The notes below the pieces were generated by a model. It was not told where the DNA came from and ran no database searches. It was given only the letters and a program-made list of their open reading frames with translations. A stretch of DNA of 64,000 nt from Candidatus Eisenbacteria bacterium RBG_16_71_46 (lineage in GTDB: Bacteria; Eisenbacteria; RBG-16-71-46), in assembly GCA_001780165.1 (NCBI GenBank), contig MFFQ01000079.1, positions 2,348 through 66,347 on the forward strand. Direction: 5' to 3'. A program made the translations under genes and the position numbers. This document shows, piece after piece, positions 8,093-20,887 of the stretch (the stretch's first letter is position 1; every line of letters begins with the position of its first letter).

Positions 8093-9645
8093 ACCGCCCG
8101 CCGCCTCTCGCCCTGGCGGCCCTGGCCGTCAGCCTGCTCGCCGCGGGCCCGGCGGGAGCGAGCACCAAGATCAACGGCGAGTACCAGCTCATGCTCGACC
8201 TGCGCAAGGACCAGCGTGTCTTCCCGTGGGACTGGTTCACCAATTCCAACGACAATTACACGCCGGCCAAGCTGCGCATCTTCTCGCAACCGGCCCCCGG
8301 ACTCGAAGCGTTCTTCGAGGCGGAGGCGCTGTGGAACTCCAACGACAACGGCGCCGCGCGACCCGAGTTCCACTACGGCACCGCGCACCTCCGCCTGCGG
8401 CGCGAGTCGGGCGGCCGCGGCTTCGACAGCTACGTGTTCTCGCGCCAGGATCGGTTCTGGGTGGATAGCTACCTGCTGCGGCTGGTCTATGGGCGCGGCG
8501 GCTCGCAGGGCGTGCGCGTGGACACCTGGGGCTTCTTCGGCCTCAACACGGCCTTCATCGTCTCGGACTACAGCGACCAGTTCAATCCCACGAGCTTCCC
8601 CGCCGGCCTGCCCCGCGACTCGGTCGCGCGGCAGGCGGTCAACCGCACGGATGACGCCTACATCGTGCGGCTCCGCCGCGAGTTCACCCGCGACAAGCGC
8701 CTGCGCCTCGGCTTCACCATGAACCGCTTCGAGGCCAACCAGGGCGACAGCCTGAACCACCAGAGGACCCACGTCGCGGTGTACGGCTACGACGCCCGCT
8801 ACCGCGTGCTCGGCACGGACGTCTCGCTCGAGTACGCCGAGAGCCAGTCCGAGCGCCCGCCGCTCAAGTTCCCCGGGACGTCGAACGAGATCGCGCTCTT
8901 CAAACGCTCGACCGGCATCGGGCTGCGGCGCAACGCCGTGGTCCAGGCGGAGATCCGCAGTGTCCGGCTCGGAACGTCCAGGGCCGGATTCCTGAACGTC
9001 ACCCCGATCTGGTGGCAGCGGGGCTCGGAATGGCAGAACGCCATCGGCGGCCCCAACCGCGATGAAACCGGATTCCTGCTCAACACCGTCTACCTGCTGC
9101 CCCAGCGCGCGGTCACCTACACGAACAACTACCGCTGGTACGGCAACAACGCGACGACGCATTACGACGATCGCGAGGTCTACAACGAGATCTACGTCGA
9201 GTTCGTCAACGGCTTCACCGGCAAGGCCTACTACCGCAATCACGAGACCTTTCGCGAGAACGCGGGACTGCGCATCCGTGACGTGTTCAACGAGTGGTTC
9301 GCGGAGCTGCAGGTGGAGAGCCGTCTCGCCAAGCTGGTCGTCGAGGCCAAGTCGAAGGACATCGGGCGCCCCGAGCACAAGCAGCTCTATTCGGTGGAGA
9401 CCGCAGTGAACCTCACGGACAAGCTCAAGGTCTACAACCGCTTCACCTTCGGCAACGACGCCAGCATCCTGCGCAAGGGCATCTTCAGCCAGCTCCAGTT
9501 CCGGCCCGCCGGAAACACCGAGATGTACCTTCAGTACGGTCCCGACTACATCGGCGGCGGTTCCGTCCCCGTGGACGAGGGGAATCTACAGGGCAGCGGG
9601 GACCAGGCCGACATCGTCAAGTTCATCATCAAGGGGAACTTCTAG
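8089..9645 (+). CDS. predicted outer-membrane beta-barrel/porin-like protein, unknown family
   Basis: ATG at 8089 overlaps the upstream stop (ATGA). The signal peptide is MNRPPPLALAALAVSLLAAGPAGAS. The protein is Tyr/Arg/Asn-rich with alternating strands and ends ...VKFIIKGNF with a terminal Phe, the OMP C-terminal signature. The 5' part of track ORF 7198..9645 is an out-of-frame overlap. Confidence 0.75.
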   Translation: MNRPPPLALAALAVSLLAAGPAGASTKINGEYQLMLDLRKDQRVFPWDWFTNSNDNYTPAKLRIFSQPAPGLEAFFEAEALWNSNDNGAARPEFHYGTAHLRLRRESGGRGFDSYVFSRQDRFWVDSYLLRLVYGRGGSQGVRVDTWGFFGLNTAFIVSDYSDQFNPTSFPAGLPRDSVARQAVNRTDDAYIVRLRREFTRDKRLRLGFTMNRFEANQGDSLNHQRTHVAVYGYDARYRVLGTDVSLEYAESQSERPPLKFPGTSNEIALFKRSTGIGLRRNAVVQAEIRSVRLGTSRAGFLNVTPIWWQRGSEWQNAIGGPNRDETGFLLNTVYLLPQRAVTYTNNYRWYGNNATTHYDDREVYNEIYVEFVNGFTGKAYYRNHETFRENAGLRIRDVFNEWFAELQVESRLAKLVVEAKSKDIGRPEHKQLYSVETAVNLTDKLKVYNRFTFGNDASILRKGIFSQLQFRPAGNTEMYLQYGPDYIGGGSVPVDEGNLQGSGDQADIVKFIIKGNF

Positions 9646-11940
9646 ATGCGCGCGAATCCAGCCGCCGCTCCGGCGGCACGGCGCCCTCACCGGCGCCTCG
9701 TGGCCCTGGCCGCCGCCGCGTGGTTGCTCGCCGCATCTTCGGTGGGCGCGGCACCCCAGAAGGCGGATGGCGGCATCCGCTTCACCTACGCGGACGCTTC
9801 GGCGCAGGCGGTGTTCTGGGCCGGGGAGTTCAACAGCTGGTCGCCGACGGCCACGCCGATGACGCGGGACGCGAACGGGTTGTGGAGCGCCGTCGTACCC
9901 CTGCCGCCCGGCACCCACGAGTACAAGTTCGTCGTGGACGGGCAGTGGTTCGCCGACCCCGAGAACCCAGTCACCGCGGGAGACTTCGGCAACAGCGTCG
10001 TCGTGGTCTCGCCCGAGGGCGACCTGGTCGCCGCGGCAGCCACCTCGAACACCCCCTACAGCCCGCAGATCATGATAGGCGGTCGGATCATCGGCCTGTT
10101 CCAGGATACTCACAGCGACGAGGACGGCCGATTCGCGCTGCGGCGCCCCAATCTGGACATCGATCTCGGCTTCGACATCCGGATCTCGGACGTGCTGAAG
10201 GCGCATTGGCTCATGAACATCAACAGCGAAAAGGAGGACGTGCAGGACTTCCGCAGCCGGCTCAACTTCGACCGCGGCTCGCTGCTGTTCACCAAGCCGA
10301 AGCTCCAGATCCTCGCCTACGACAACGAGGCGGCGGGCACCTGGGACGATCCGCTGCACCTGCTCGGCGACGTGGGGATTTTCCACCACGCGTACGGCTA
10401 TCAGCGCCAGGGCTTCAAGCTTTCGAGCCAGTATGGCGGCTTCGACACCGAGTTCCACTACGCGGACAACTTCAACGCCGGCGGCACCACCTACCCGGCG
10501 TTCATCGTCGGCGATCCCACCAATCCGCGCTTCGTCTTCGAGAGCGATCCGGTGCGCAAGTCCATCGACCTGCTGAAGACGGAGCGCGACGGCGGCGGCT
10601 ACCGCCTGGTCGGCGACCAGTTGAGCAAGGTGTCGAGCATGGACCGCAGCGACGCCAACGCCGACATGTTCGCCTTCCGGTCCTCGCGCCAAGTGCTGGA
10701 CGGGGTTTCGGTCGGCGGCCTGTTCCGGAACGACCGCGGCTTCAACCTCGGGCAACTCGTGCTGTCCAAGGTGACCGGGGACAGCACGCTGCAGATCCTG
10801 AGCGGGCGCTACGAGCAGGAGTGGCTCGGCGGCGGCGGGCAGGTGTCGTGGACCCCGACCACGGGCGTGCGGCTCTTCGCCGAGTACCTGCGTGGCACGC
10901 TGCGCATGACCCTGCTCAGCGACGCCACCACCACGGACTGGAAGCTGTCCGCGATCGGCGCGCTCGCCCCCGGAACCGCCACCGCCCTGGGCGGCGTCAC
11001 CGCCAACGGCGACCATCGCACGCTCGACGACAGCGCGCGGCTCAAGGCCGGCGGCTCCTGGAGCTTCGCCCAGGGCGACATCGTGCTGCGGGCCGACGTC
11101 GAGCACCAGACCCACTCCTACGCCGCCTGGACCCAGCCGCCGACGGCGCCCGCCGGCCTGCCGCCCACCGACGACATCATCTTCGAGAACGCCGAGTATC
11201 AGCGGAAGAACTACGTCGACGCCGGCCGCACGATCGACAACGCGATGACCATCACCCGCGTCGGCTGGGAGCGGAACTGGCGTCACTACCTCGAACGCGA
11301 GGTTCGCACCGGGCTCCACGTCGAGGTGACGCACTTCGAATACGACCCGCGCACGAACTGGCAGTACCAGCTCTGGTTCCCCACCGGGAACTTCTGGCTC
11401 GAAACCGGCGAGCACGTCGTCACCACCGACCGGCTGACGATGCTCGGCGAGCGCAACGTGATCCGCGTGAAGCCGAGCCTTGCGGTGCCCCTGCTCGCCA
11501 GCCGCGCGATGATCCTGGAGTACCTCGGGACGCTGTCGGGGGTGACCCTCGGGCGTCAGCCCAAATACGCCGAGTCCATCCTCCAGTTCGGGTTCGACCT
11601 CTCGCGGGACCTGCGGTTCAACACCGACACCCGATGGGCCAAGTACGACGACCCCGAACTCTCGCTGGCCAAGGGATACGTCAGCCACTTCTTCGAGCTG
11701 GAGTACCGCTTCGCGCCGACCGCGAGCGTGGCCTTCTCGTGGGGGGTGGATCCCTGGGTGATCGATCCCCTGACCAACGAATATGCCTACATCGGCCGCG
11801 ATGTTTACCTCATCGACAGGAACGCCAACGGTTTCTTCGCGGAAACCAACTACCTGAGCCTCGCGCCGATGATCGCCGCGTCCGAGAAGAATCTGCGCAA
11901 CGAGCGGCGCCTGCAGGTCGAGGCGATCGTCCGCTTCTAG
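9646..11940 (+). CDS. CBM48 (glycogen-binding, AMPK-beta-like) module fused to a ~640 aa predicted outer-membrane beta-barrel
   Basis: The start follows the upstream TAG directly. After the signal peptide comes IRFTYADASAQAVFWAGEFNSWSPTATPMTRDANGLWSAVVPLPPGTHEYKFVVDGQWFADPENP, the CBM48/E-set pattern. The rest is a long alternating-strand region ending ...RRLQVEAIVRF with a terminal Phe. Confidence 0.8.
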   Translation: MRANPAAAPAARRPHRRLVALAAAAWLLAASSVGAAPQKADGGIRFTYADASAQAVFWAGEFNSWSPTATPMTRDANGLWSAVVPLPPGTHEYKFVVDGQWFADPENPVTAGDFGNSVVVVSPEGDLVAAAATSNTPYSPQIMIGGRIIGLFQDTHSDEDGRFALRRPNLDIDLGFDIRISDVLKAHWLMNINSEKEDVQDFRSRLNFDRGSLLFTKPKLQILAYDNEAAGTWDDPLHLLGDVGIFHHAYGYQRQGFKLSSQYGGFDTEFHYADNFNAGGTTYPAFIVGDPTNPRFVFESDPVRKSIDLLKTERDGGGYRLVGDQLSKVSSMDRSDANADMFAFRSSRQVLDGVSVGGLFRNDRGFNLGQLVLSKVTGDSTLQILSGRYEQEWLGGGGQVSWTPTTGVRLFAEYLRGTLRMTLLSDATTTDWKLSAIGALAPGTATALGGVTANGDHRTLDDSARLKAGGSWSFAQGDIVLRADVEHQTHSYAAWTQPPTAPAGLPPTDDIIFENAEYQRKNYVDAGRTIDNAMTITRVGWERNWRHYLEREVRTGLHVEVTHFEYDPRTNWQYQLWFPTGNFWLETGEHVVTTDRLTMLGERNVIRVKPSLAVPLLASRAMILEYLGTLSGVTLGRQPKYAESILQFGFDLSRDLRFNTDTRWAKYDDPELSLAKGYVSHFFELEYRFAPTASVAFSWGVDPWVIDPLTNEYAYIGRDVYLIDRNANGFFAETNYLSLAPMIAASEKNLRNERRLQVEAIVRF

Positions 11941-11956
11941 CGGGAGGAGACATCCG

Positions 11957-12352
11957 ATGCGACGCACCGTGGGGATGGCGCTGGCCGCAGCGCTCGTGCT
12001 GGCCGGTTGCGGTTCCCTCAACTTCATCAAGCGCCGCCTGCCACCCCCAACCGAAGGCCCCGCGGGGGTGACCTTCCGGTTCGACGCGCCGTCCGCCCAG
12101 GTGGTCCAGCTGGCGGGAAACTGGCCGGAGAACAACTGGCTGCGAGGCCAGGCCCAGACCGGGAGCTTCCTGGTCGGCGAGATGTCAGATCCGGACGGCG
12201 ACGGGATCTGGGAGCGCACGGAGAAGCTCCCGCCTGGCCGCTACGAGTACAAGTTCGTCATCGACCGGGTGAACTGGCGTTACGACCCCAACAACTCGAA
12301 CCGTACCGACGACGGCTACGGCGGCTTCAACTCGCTGCTCGACGTCCAGTGA
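11957..12352 (+). CDS. lipoprotein consisting of one CBM48-like glycogen-binding module
   Basis: A GGAGGAG RBS precedes the start. The lipobox is MALAAALVLAGC. The module reads VTFRFDAPSAQVVQLAGNWPENNW...GIWERTEKLPPGRYEYKFVIDRVNWRYDPNN...DDGYGGFNSLL. Confidence 0.85.
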   Translation: MRRTVGMALAAALVLAGCGSLNFIKRRLPPPTEGPAGVTFRFDAPSAQVVQLAGNWPENNWLRGQAQTGSFLVGEMSDPDGDGIWERTEKLPPGRYEYKFVIDRVNWRYDPNNSNRTDDGYGGFNSLLDVQ

Positions 12353-13161
12353 CCGAGACCTCGATCCGAAGCGCGGGACGCGCACCCCTCCGCCGCGCGC
12401 GCGCCGCGGGGGCGGTGCTCGCGCTGCTGGTCGTGCTGGCGCCCGGTTGCGGCCGCAACCGGGTCGCGGACCTCCTGGTCCCGACCGGGATCCGGCCGCG
12501 GCCCGCGATCGGCTCCGGGGCGATCTCGGTGCGGCTGTTCTACGATCCCGTGCGCTACCCGGATCTCACGCTGCCGCCGTTCCCGCCCACCACCGTGAAG
12601 CTCCAGTTGGCGGGCATCGCCTTGGACTCGACGACGCTGGACGGCAGCACGAACGTGGTGACGTTCGATTCCCTGCAGGCGGGCAGCTACCTGATGACGT
12701 CGAGCGCGTTCCTGTTCTTCTCCGCGAGCCTCGGACCCATCGCGGTGACGGATCAGCTGGTGGACGCGGGCGACGACACCCTGACCCTGAACCCGGCGAA
12801 GGTCCGGAGCACCGTCCACCTCGTGGGAGACTTCAACGGATTTCCGAGCGACTTCCCCGACTCCATCTCGATGGAGCAGAACAGCGTCGGGGTGTGGACC
12901 TACCCCAACATCGACTACCCGGCGCAGACCATCCAACCCGGAACCTACCGGCTGCGCTTCGTCACCGACTTCAGCTACGACAACCCCACCGACTACGGGG
13001 GCAGTGAGGCCGTGACCTACACCGTGCCGGTCCTCAACGCTACCACACGGCTCGTCTCGGGCCCGGGAACCGACCTCAAGATCCGGGTGGTCACGACCGG
13101 CCCATACCGCTTCACGCTCGACGAGCGCCGCCAGACCTTCAGCGTGGAGCCGATTCCGTAG
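12349..13161 (+). CDS. lipoprotein with an Ig-like N-domain and a CBM48-like C-domain
   Basis: GTG at 12349 overlaps the upstream stop (GTGA). The lipobox is LLVVLAPGC. The C-terminal half reads VHLVGDFNGFPSDFPDSISMEQNSVGVWTY...GTYRLRFVTDFSYDNPTDYGG. The upstream part of track ORF 12007..13161 is an out-of-frame overlap. Confidence 0.7.
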   Translation: MTETSIRSAGRAPLRRARAAGAVLALLVVLAPGCGRNRVADLLVPTGIRPRPAIGSGAISVRLFYDPVRYPDLTLPPFPPTTVKLQLAGIALDSTTLDGSTNVVTFDSLQAGSYLMTSSAFLFFSASLGPIAVTDQLVDAGDDTLTLNPAKVRSTVHLVGDFNGFPSDFPDSISMEQNSVGVWTYPNIDYPAQTIQPGTYRLRFVTDFSYDNPTDYGGSEAVTYTVPVLNATTRLVSGPGTDLKIRVVTTGPYRFTLDERRQTFSVEPIP

Positions 13162-13193
13162 CCGGAACCGGCGTCCTCGAGGAGACCTCCGTC

Positions 13194-13988
13194 ATGACCC
13201 ATCGCATCGCCTTCGCAAACCTCCTGGCCCTCGGGACCGTGCTCCTCGCGGGCTGTGCCGGCGGCTGGCGCCACGGAGCCGCGCCCGGCGCCGCGACCTC
13301 CCCCGCCGGCGCTCCCGCGGCTCACGCCTCCGCGCCCGCGCCGGCCACGCGTGGGCCGGTTGCAGGTGGTTCGGGGGTCACCTTCACCTACCAGGGCCCG
13401 GCCAACACGGTGGCGCTGGCCGGCGACTTCAACGACTGGTCCACCTCGGCCGACGCCATGACCAAGGGGGCCGCCGACACCTGGACCCTCACCAAGAAGC
13501 TCGAGCCGGGCCGCCACATGTACAAGTTCGTGATCGACGGTGGCACCTGGAAGGAGGACCCTGGTGCCGTCGAGTTCGCCGACGACGGCTACGGCGGGAA
13601 GAACTCGGTCGTGGTGGTGGGTGCCGGCACGGCCGGCGGCGGCGCCGCCCCCGCAGCGCCTGCGCCCGCCGCCCCCGCGGCACCTGCGCCGGCCGCTCCC
13701 GCAGGCGCCGGCAAGGCCCCTGCCCAGACCGCGGAGGGCGTGGTCTTCACCTTCGCCGGCAGCGCCAATGCGGTCAACCTCGCAGGGGACTTCAACGCCT
13801 GGTCCACCACCGCCGACCCCATGACCAAACAGGCCGACGGCACCTGGACCCTCACCAAGAAGCTCGAGCCCGGCAGCTACGAGTACAAGTTCGTGATCAA
13901 CGGAACGACCTGGAAGCAGGACGAGGCCAATCCCGAAAGCAAGAGCGATCCCTATGGCGGCAAGAACTCAGTGGTCACCGTGAAATAG
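13194..13988 (+). CDS. lipoprotein with two tandem CBM48-like glycogen-binding modules joined by an Ala/Pro linker
   Basis: A GAGGAG RBS precedes the start and the lipobox is LLAGC. Two copies of V.FT..G.AN.V.LAGDFN.WST.AD.MTK..DGTWTLTKKLEPG.Y.YKFVI.G.TWK.D...........YGGKNSVV are separated by AAPAAPAPAAPAAPAPAAPAGAG. Confidence 0.9.
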   Translation: MTHRIAFANLLALGTVLLAGCAGGWRHGAAPGAATSPAGAPAAHASAPAPATRGPVAGGSGVTFTYQGPANTVALAGDFNDWSTSADAMTKGAADTWTLTKKLEPGRHMYKFVIDGGTWKEDPGAVEFADDGYGGKNSVVVVGAGTAGGGAAPAAPAPAAPAAPAPAAPAGAGKAPAQTAEGVVFTFAGSANAVNLAGDFNAWSTTADPMTKQADGTWTLTKKLEPGSYEYKFVINGTTWKQDEANPESKSDPYGGKNSVVTVK

Positions 13989-14059
13989 GCACGCGGCCCG
14001 TCGCGACGGAAGGTGTCCGTCGCCGGCCCTCCGCTTCTCCCGATCCCGAGGAGTCCCCG

Positions 14060-16729
<2,670 letters not shown>

Positions 16730-16741
16730 ACCGCGACCCGA

Positions 16742-17845
<1,104 letters not shown>

Positions 17846-18038
17846 GGGATCCTCTCGAAGACGACGCTCACGATTCCCGCGCCACCCTAGCCAATCCCGG
17901 CCGGGGCTTCAACTTTCGGCGACCGATCGGGCCGGGAACCGGGCGCCGCGGCGGCGCGGCTGGGAATGCCTTCGCCACTCACCACCCCCGGGCCGAGAGC
18001 CGGGCACGCCGCGCTGCGGGCGGCTCGCCCCACGGGCA

Positions 18039-19244
18039 TCAATGCGCGCCGGTGCCGGTCACCGGCGAACCGAGCAGAAAGACGAGAACGCGGTCGATCC
18101 GCGCCGCCCAGGCGCGCTCGTCATGGACCGCTCCCGCGACCTCCTCGTAGTGGAGGTTCACGCCCTCGCGATAGCCGCGGGCCAGCAAGGCGTCACGCAG
18201 CGCGCGCGCATCGCCCAACGCCTGTTCCCGTGCCTCCGCATCGCGCCCCTCGAGCGAGCCGATGTCCACCCAGATGCGGCCGTGGACGCCGTGACCGGCG
18301 GCGGTGCGCCGCACGATGTCGCGCTCCGCCCACCTCGCCGCGGGCGAGAGGCAGCCCACCAGACCGAACACCTCCGGATGCTCGAGCCCGAGGTAGAGCG
18401 AGACGATCCCGCCCAGCGAGGACCCCACCGCGCCGGTGGTCCCCGGACCGGGCGCGGCGCGGTAGTGGGCGTCGATGAAAGGCTTCAGCTCCTGGACCAG
18501 GAAGCGGGCGTAGTCGGCCGCGCGCCCCCCGCCGCGCGCCCGGTCGGCCGCCGGCGTGTACTCGGCCACGCGGTCCGGGGTGTTGGCGACCGCCACCGCG
18601 ATGAAGGGCCGCACGCGGCCGTCCCGAAGCAGCTGCCCGGCGGTCTCGTCCACCCCCCACTCGATCCCGAGGAAGCTGGTCGCGGCGTCGAACACGTTGT
18701 TGCCGTCATGGAAATAGAGCACGGGGTAGCGTGCGGTGGAGTCGGTGTCGTAGCCGGGGGGCAGGAAGACCAGCACGTCGCGCGCCCGGACGAAACGCGA
18801 GGGAAATGCCGGATGACTGCGTATGTCGCCGGTCCGCGTCGGCACGCGGGGTGTGCGGGACTCGGACTGGTCGCGCCACGCGGCGACGGTGACCCGCACC
18901 GTGTCGTCCGCCGCGGCGACCCACTCGCGGTTGGCGATCTCGCCGCCGCGGGCGTCCTTCTCGACCGTCTCCCAGCTCCCGCGCGTCACCTTGAACGCGA
19001 GCGCCGTGCCCGCCTCGACTTCGAGCGTGGCGCCGAAGCGCCGCCCGCCGAGCGCGGCGAGGCGCAGTCCGGCGCCGTCCCAGCCGCCCAGCTGGGGGAC
19101 GTCACCCGAGATCCAGATCGCCGCGCCGGCGGGGGTCGCGGCCGGAGTCTCGACCACGAACGTGACGTGGGCCGGGGCCGCGCTCAGCACGGCCGGCGCC
19201 CAGACCAGCGCCACGAGCACAGCCCAGCCGGACCGCAGCGACAC
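18039..19244 (-). CDS. secreted CBM20-like starch-binding module fused to an esterase-family alpha/beta hydrolase
   Basis: A signal peptide is followed by HVTFVVETPAATPAGAAIWISGDVPQLGGWDGAG...FKVTRGSWETVEK, which is CBM20-like. The putative-esterase pattern YPVLYFHDGNNVF...GSSLGG contains the nucleophile elbow GxSxG. Confidence 0.8.
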   Translation of the reverse strand: MSLRSGWAVLVALVWAPAVLSAAPAHVTFVVETPAATPAGAAIWISGDVPQLGGWDGAGLRLAALGGRRFGATLEVEAGTALAFKVTRGSWETVEKDARGGEIANREWVAAADDTVRVTVAAWRDQSESRTPRVPTRTGDIRSHPAFPSRFVRARDVLVFLPPGYDTDSTARYPVLYFHDGNNVFDAATSFLGIEWGVDETAGQLLRDGRVRPFIAVAVANTPDRVAEYTPAADRARGGGRAADYARFLVQELKPFIDAHYRAAPGPGTTGAVGSSLGGIVSLYLGLEHPEVFGLVGCLSPAARWAERDIVRRTAAGHGVHGRIWVDIGSLEGRDAEAREQALGDARALRDALLARGYREGVNLHYEEVAGAVHDERAWAARIDRVLVFLLGSPVTGTGAH

Positions 19245-19245
19245 C

Positions 19246-19905
19246 TCAGGGGATCTCCGCCTCGCCCGCCTCGCGGCGCTTGAGACGACGGCCGGCGACG
19301 TCCATCACGACGTAGAGCGCGAGCAACACCCCGGCCGCCGCCACGAACCACAACAGCTTCTCGCGCAGCACGTGGGCCATCGCCAGCGGATCGTCGAGCA
19401 GCGTCGGCTCGCTGCCGAGCACACGCGCCCCGAACCACGCCAGTACGAAGCACCACAGGAACGAGCCGGTGAGCGTCATCAGTGAAAAGCGCCCGAAGGG
19501 CATCCGCGCCGCGCCCGCCGGGAGCGACACCAGATGGCGCACCACCGGCAGCAACCGGGCGAAGAAGACTCCCGCCGTGGAGTAGTGGCGGATCCAGCGC
19601 TCGGCGAGCAGCCACTTGCGCTCCGGCACGAATACGTACCGGCCGTAGCGCAAAATGAGCGGCCGCCCGATCGCGCGCGCGACGAGGTACGACAGTGCGG
19701 ACCCGAACCACGAGCCCAGCGTTGCCGCCGCCACCACGCCCCAGAAGTGGAAACGCCCCTGCTCCGCCCAGTAGGCCGCCGGCGGCACCACCAGCTCGCT
19801 CGGCAGCGGGAACACCGTGGACTCGATCGCCATCATCAGGAACACGCCGCCATAGCCCCAGTCGTGCACCTGGTGAAACCAGCCGGCGAAGAGGGAATGG
19901 AACAT
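19246..19905 (-). CDS. DedA-family inner-membrane protein
   Basis: The sequence MFHSLFAGWFHQVHDWGYGGVFLMMAIESTVFPLPSELVVPPAAYW...GSALSYLVARAIGRPLILRYG matches DedA/SNARE-associated motifs. I chose the ATG at 19905 because the longer track ORF would overlap the upstream gene. Confidence 0.85.
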   Translation of the reverse strand: MFHSLFAGWFHQVHDWGYGGVFLMMAIESTVFPLPSELVVPPAAYWAEQGRFHFWGVVAAATLGSWFGSALSYLVARAIGRPLILRYGRYVFVPERKWLLAERWIRHYSTAGVFFARLLPVVRHLVSLPAGAARMPFGRFSLMTLTGSFLWCFVLAWFGARVLGSEPTLLDDPLAMAHVLREKLLWFVAAAGVLLALYVVMDVAGRRLKRREAGEAEIP

Positions 19906-19912
19906 GCGCGGG

Positions 19913-20833
19913 CTAGCGGCCTCGCTCGGACACGGCCGCGTCGGCCGCCGCGGCCACCGTGTCGGCCCAGGCAAAGTCGTCGCCGTCGGCGCGCGGGCGT
20001 GCCAGCGCCACCTCCGGGTCGTGCTCGAGGCAAATCCACGCCCGCTCGGCGCTGGCGCGATCGAGCAGGGCGCGCTTCTCCTGCATGGTCTCGATCGCGG
20101 CCACGTCGTAGCCCATGACGAAGGGAATGCGCACGTGCGAGGCGGTCGGGATGAGATCCGCGACGAAGTAGAGCACCCCCTCCGGACCGGAAACGCGCAC
20201 CAACTGCTGGCCCCGCGTGTGGCCGTCGGCGGTGAACAGCTCGAAGCCCGGCCACGGACTCAGCGCGCCGTCCCACTCCGTGAGCACGCCGGCGGCGACC
20301 AGGGGCTCGAAGTTCTCCGCCAGATACGAGGCGCGCTCGCGCGGGTTGGGGTGCCGGGCGTTCTCGAGGTTGCGGCGCTGCACGTAGTAGCGCGCGCGCG
20401 GCAGGCGCGGCGCCGGATCCTCCTCCACGCGGCGAGTCGAGCCGCCGGCGTGGTCGAAATGGAGGTGGGTCAGGACCACGTCCGTGACGTCCTCGACCGC
20501 GAGCCCCACTGCCCCGAGCGAGCGCTCGAGCGTATGCTCGCCGTGCTCCACCCGGTAGATGTCCATCAGCTTGGGGGGGAACTTGTCCCCGATGCCGTCG
20601 TCCACCAACACCCTCCGGCCGTGGCCCTCGGCGAGCAACACGCGCATCGCCAGCCGGATGCGGTTGCGATCGTCAGGCGGATGCGACTTGCTCCAGAGCG
20701 GCTTGGGCACCGAGCCGAACATCGAACCCCCGTCGAGCCAGAGACAGCCGGTTTCGAGGGTTTGGAGCTTCCAGTCACCGAGCACGAGGTGGGGCATGAG
20801 AAGAGCATCGCCCAAAGCGTGGAAAGCGGTCAA
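19913..20833 (-). CDS. MBL-fold metallo-hydrolase
   Basis: The 306 aa ORF carries THLHFDHAGG (the HxHxDH motif) and downstream His/Asp ligand positions. Confidence 0.85.
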   Translation of the reverse strand: MTAFHALGDALLMPHLVLGDWKLQTLETGCLWLDGGSMFGSVPKPLWSKSHPPDDRNRIRLAMRVLLAEGHGRRVLVDDGIGDKFPPKLMDIYRVEHGEHTLERSLGAVGLAVEDVTDVVLTHLHFDHAGGSTRRVEEDPAPRLPRARYYVQRRNLENARHPNPRERASYLAENFEPLVAAGVLTEWDGALSPWPGFELFTADGHTRGQQLVRVSGPEGVLYFVADLIPTASHVRIPFVMGYDVAAIETMQEKRALLDRASAERAWICLEHDPEVALARPRADGDDFAWADTVAAAADAAVSERGR

Positions 20834-20887
20834 ACGCGCGGGCGCGAACGCGCCGCACGACCGTGGCGGGGTGATGCGCTCCCGGCG

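Noticed and set aside
13640-13710. The short GC-rich repeat gcgcctgcgcccgccgcccccgcggcacctgcgccggccgctccc.
   Set aside because: It encodes the Ala/Pro interdomain linker (AAPAAPAPAAPAAPAPAAPA) between the two CBM48 modules. It is not an independent element.
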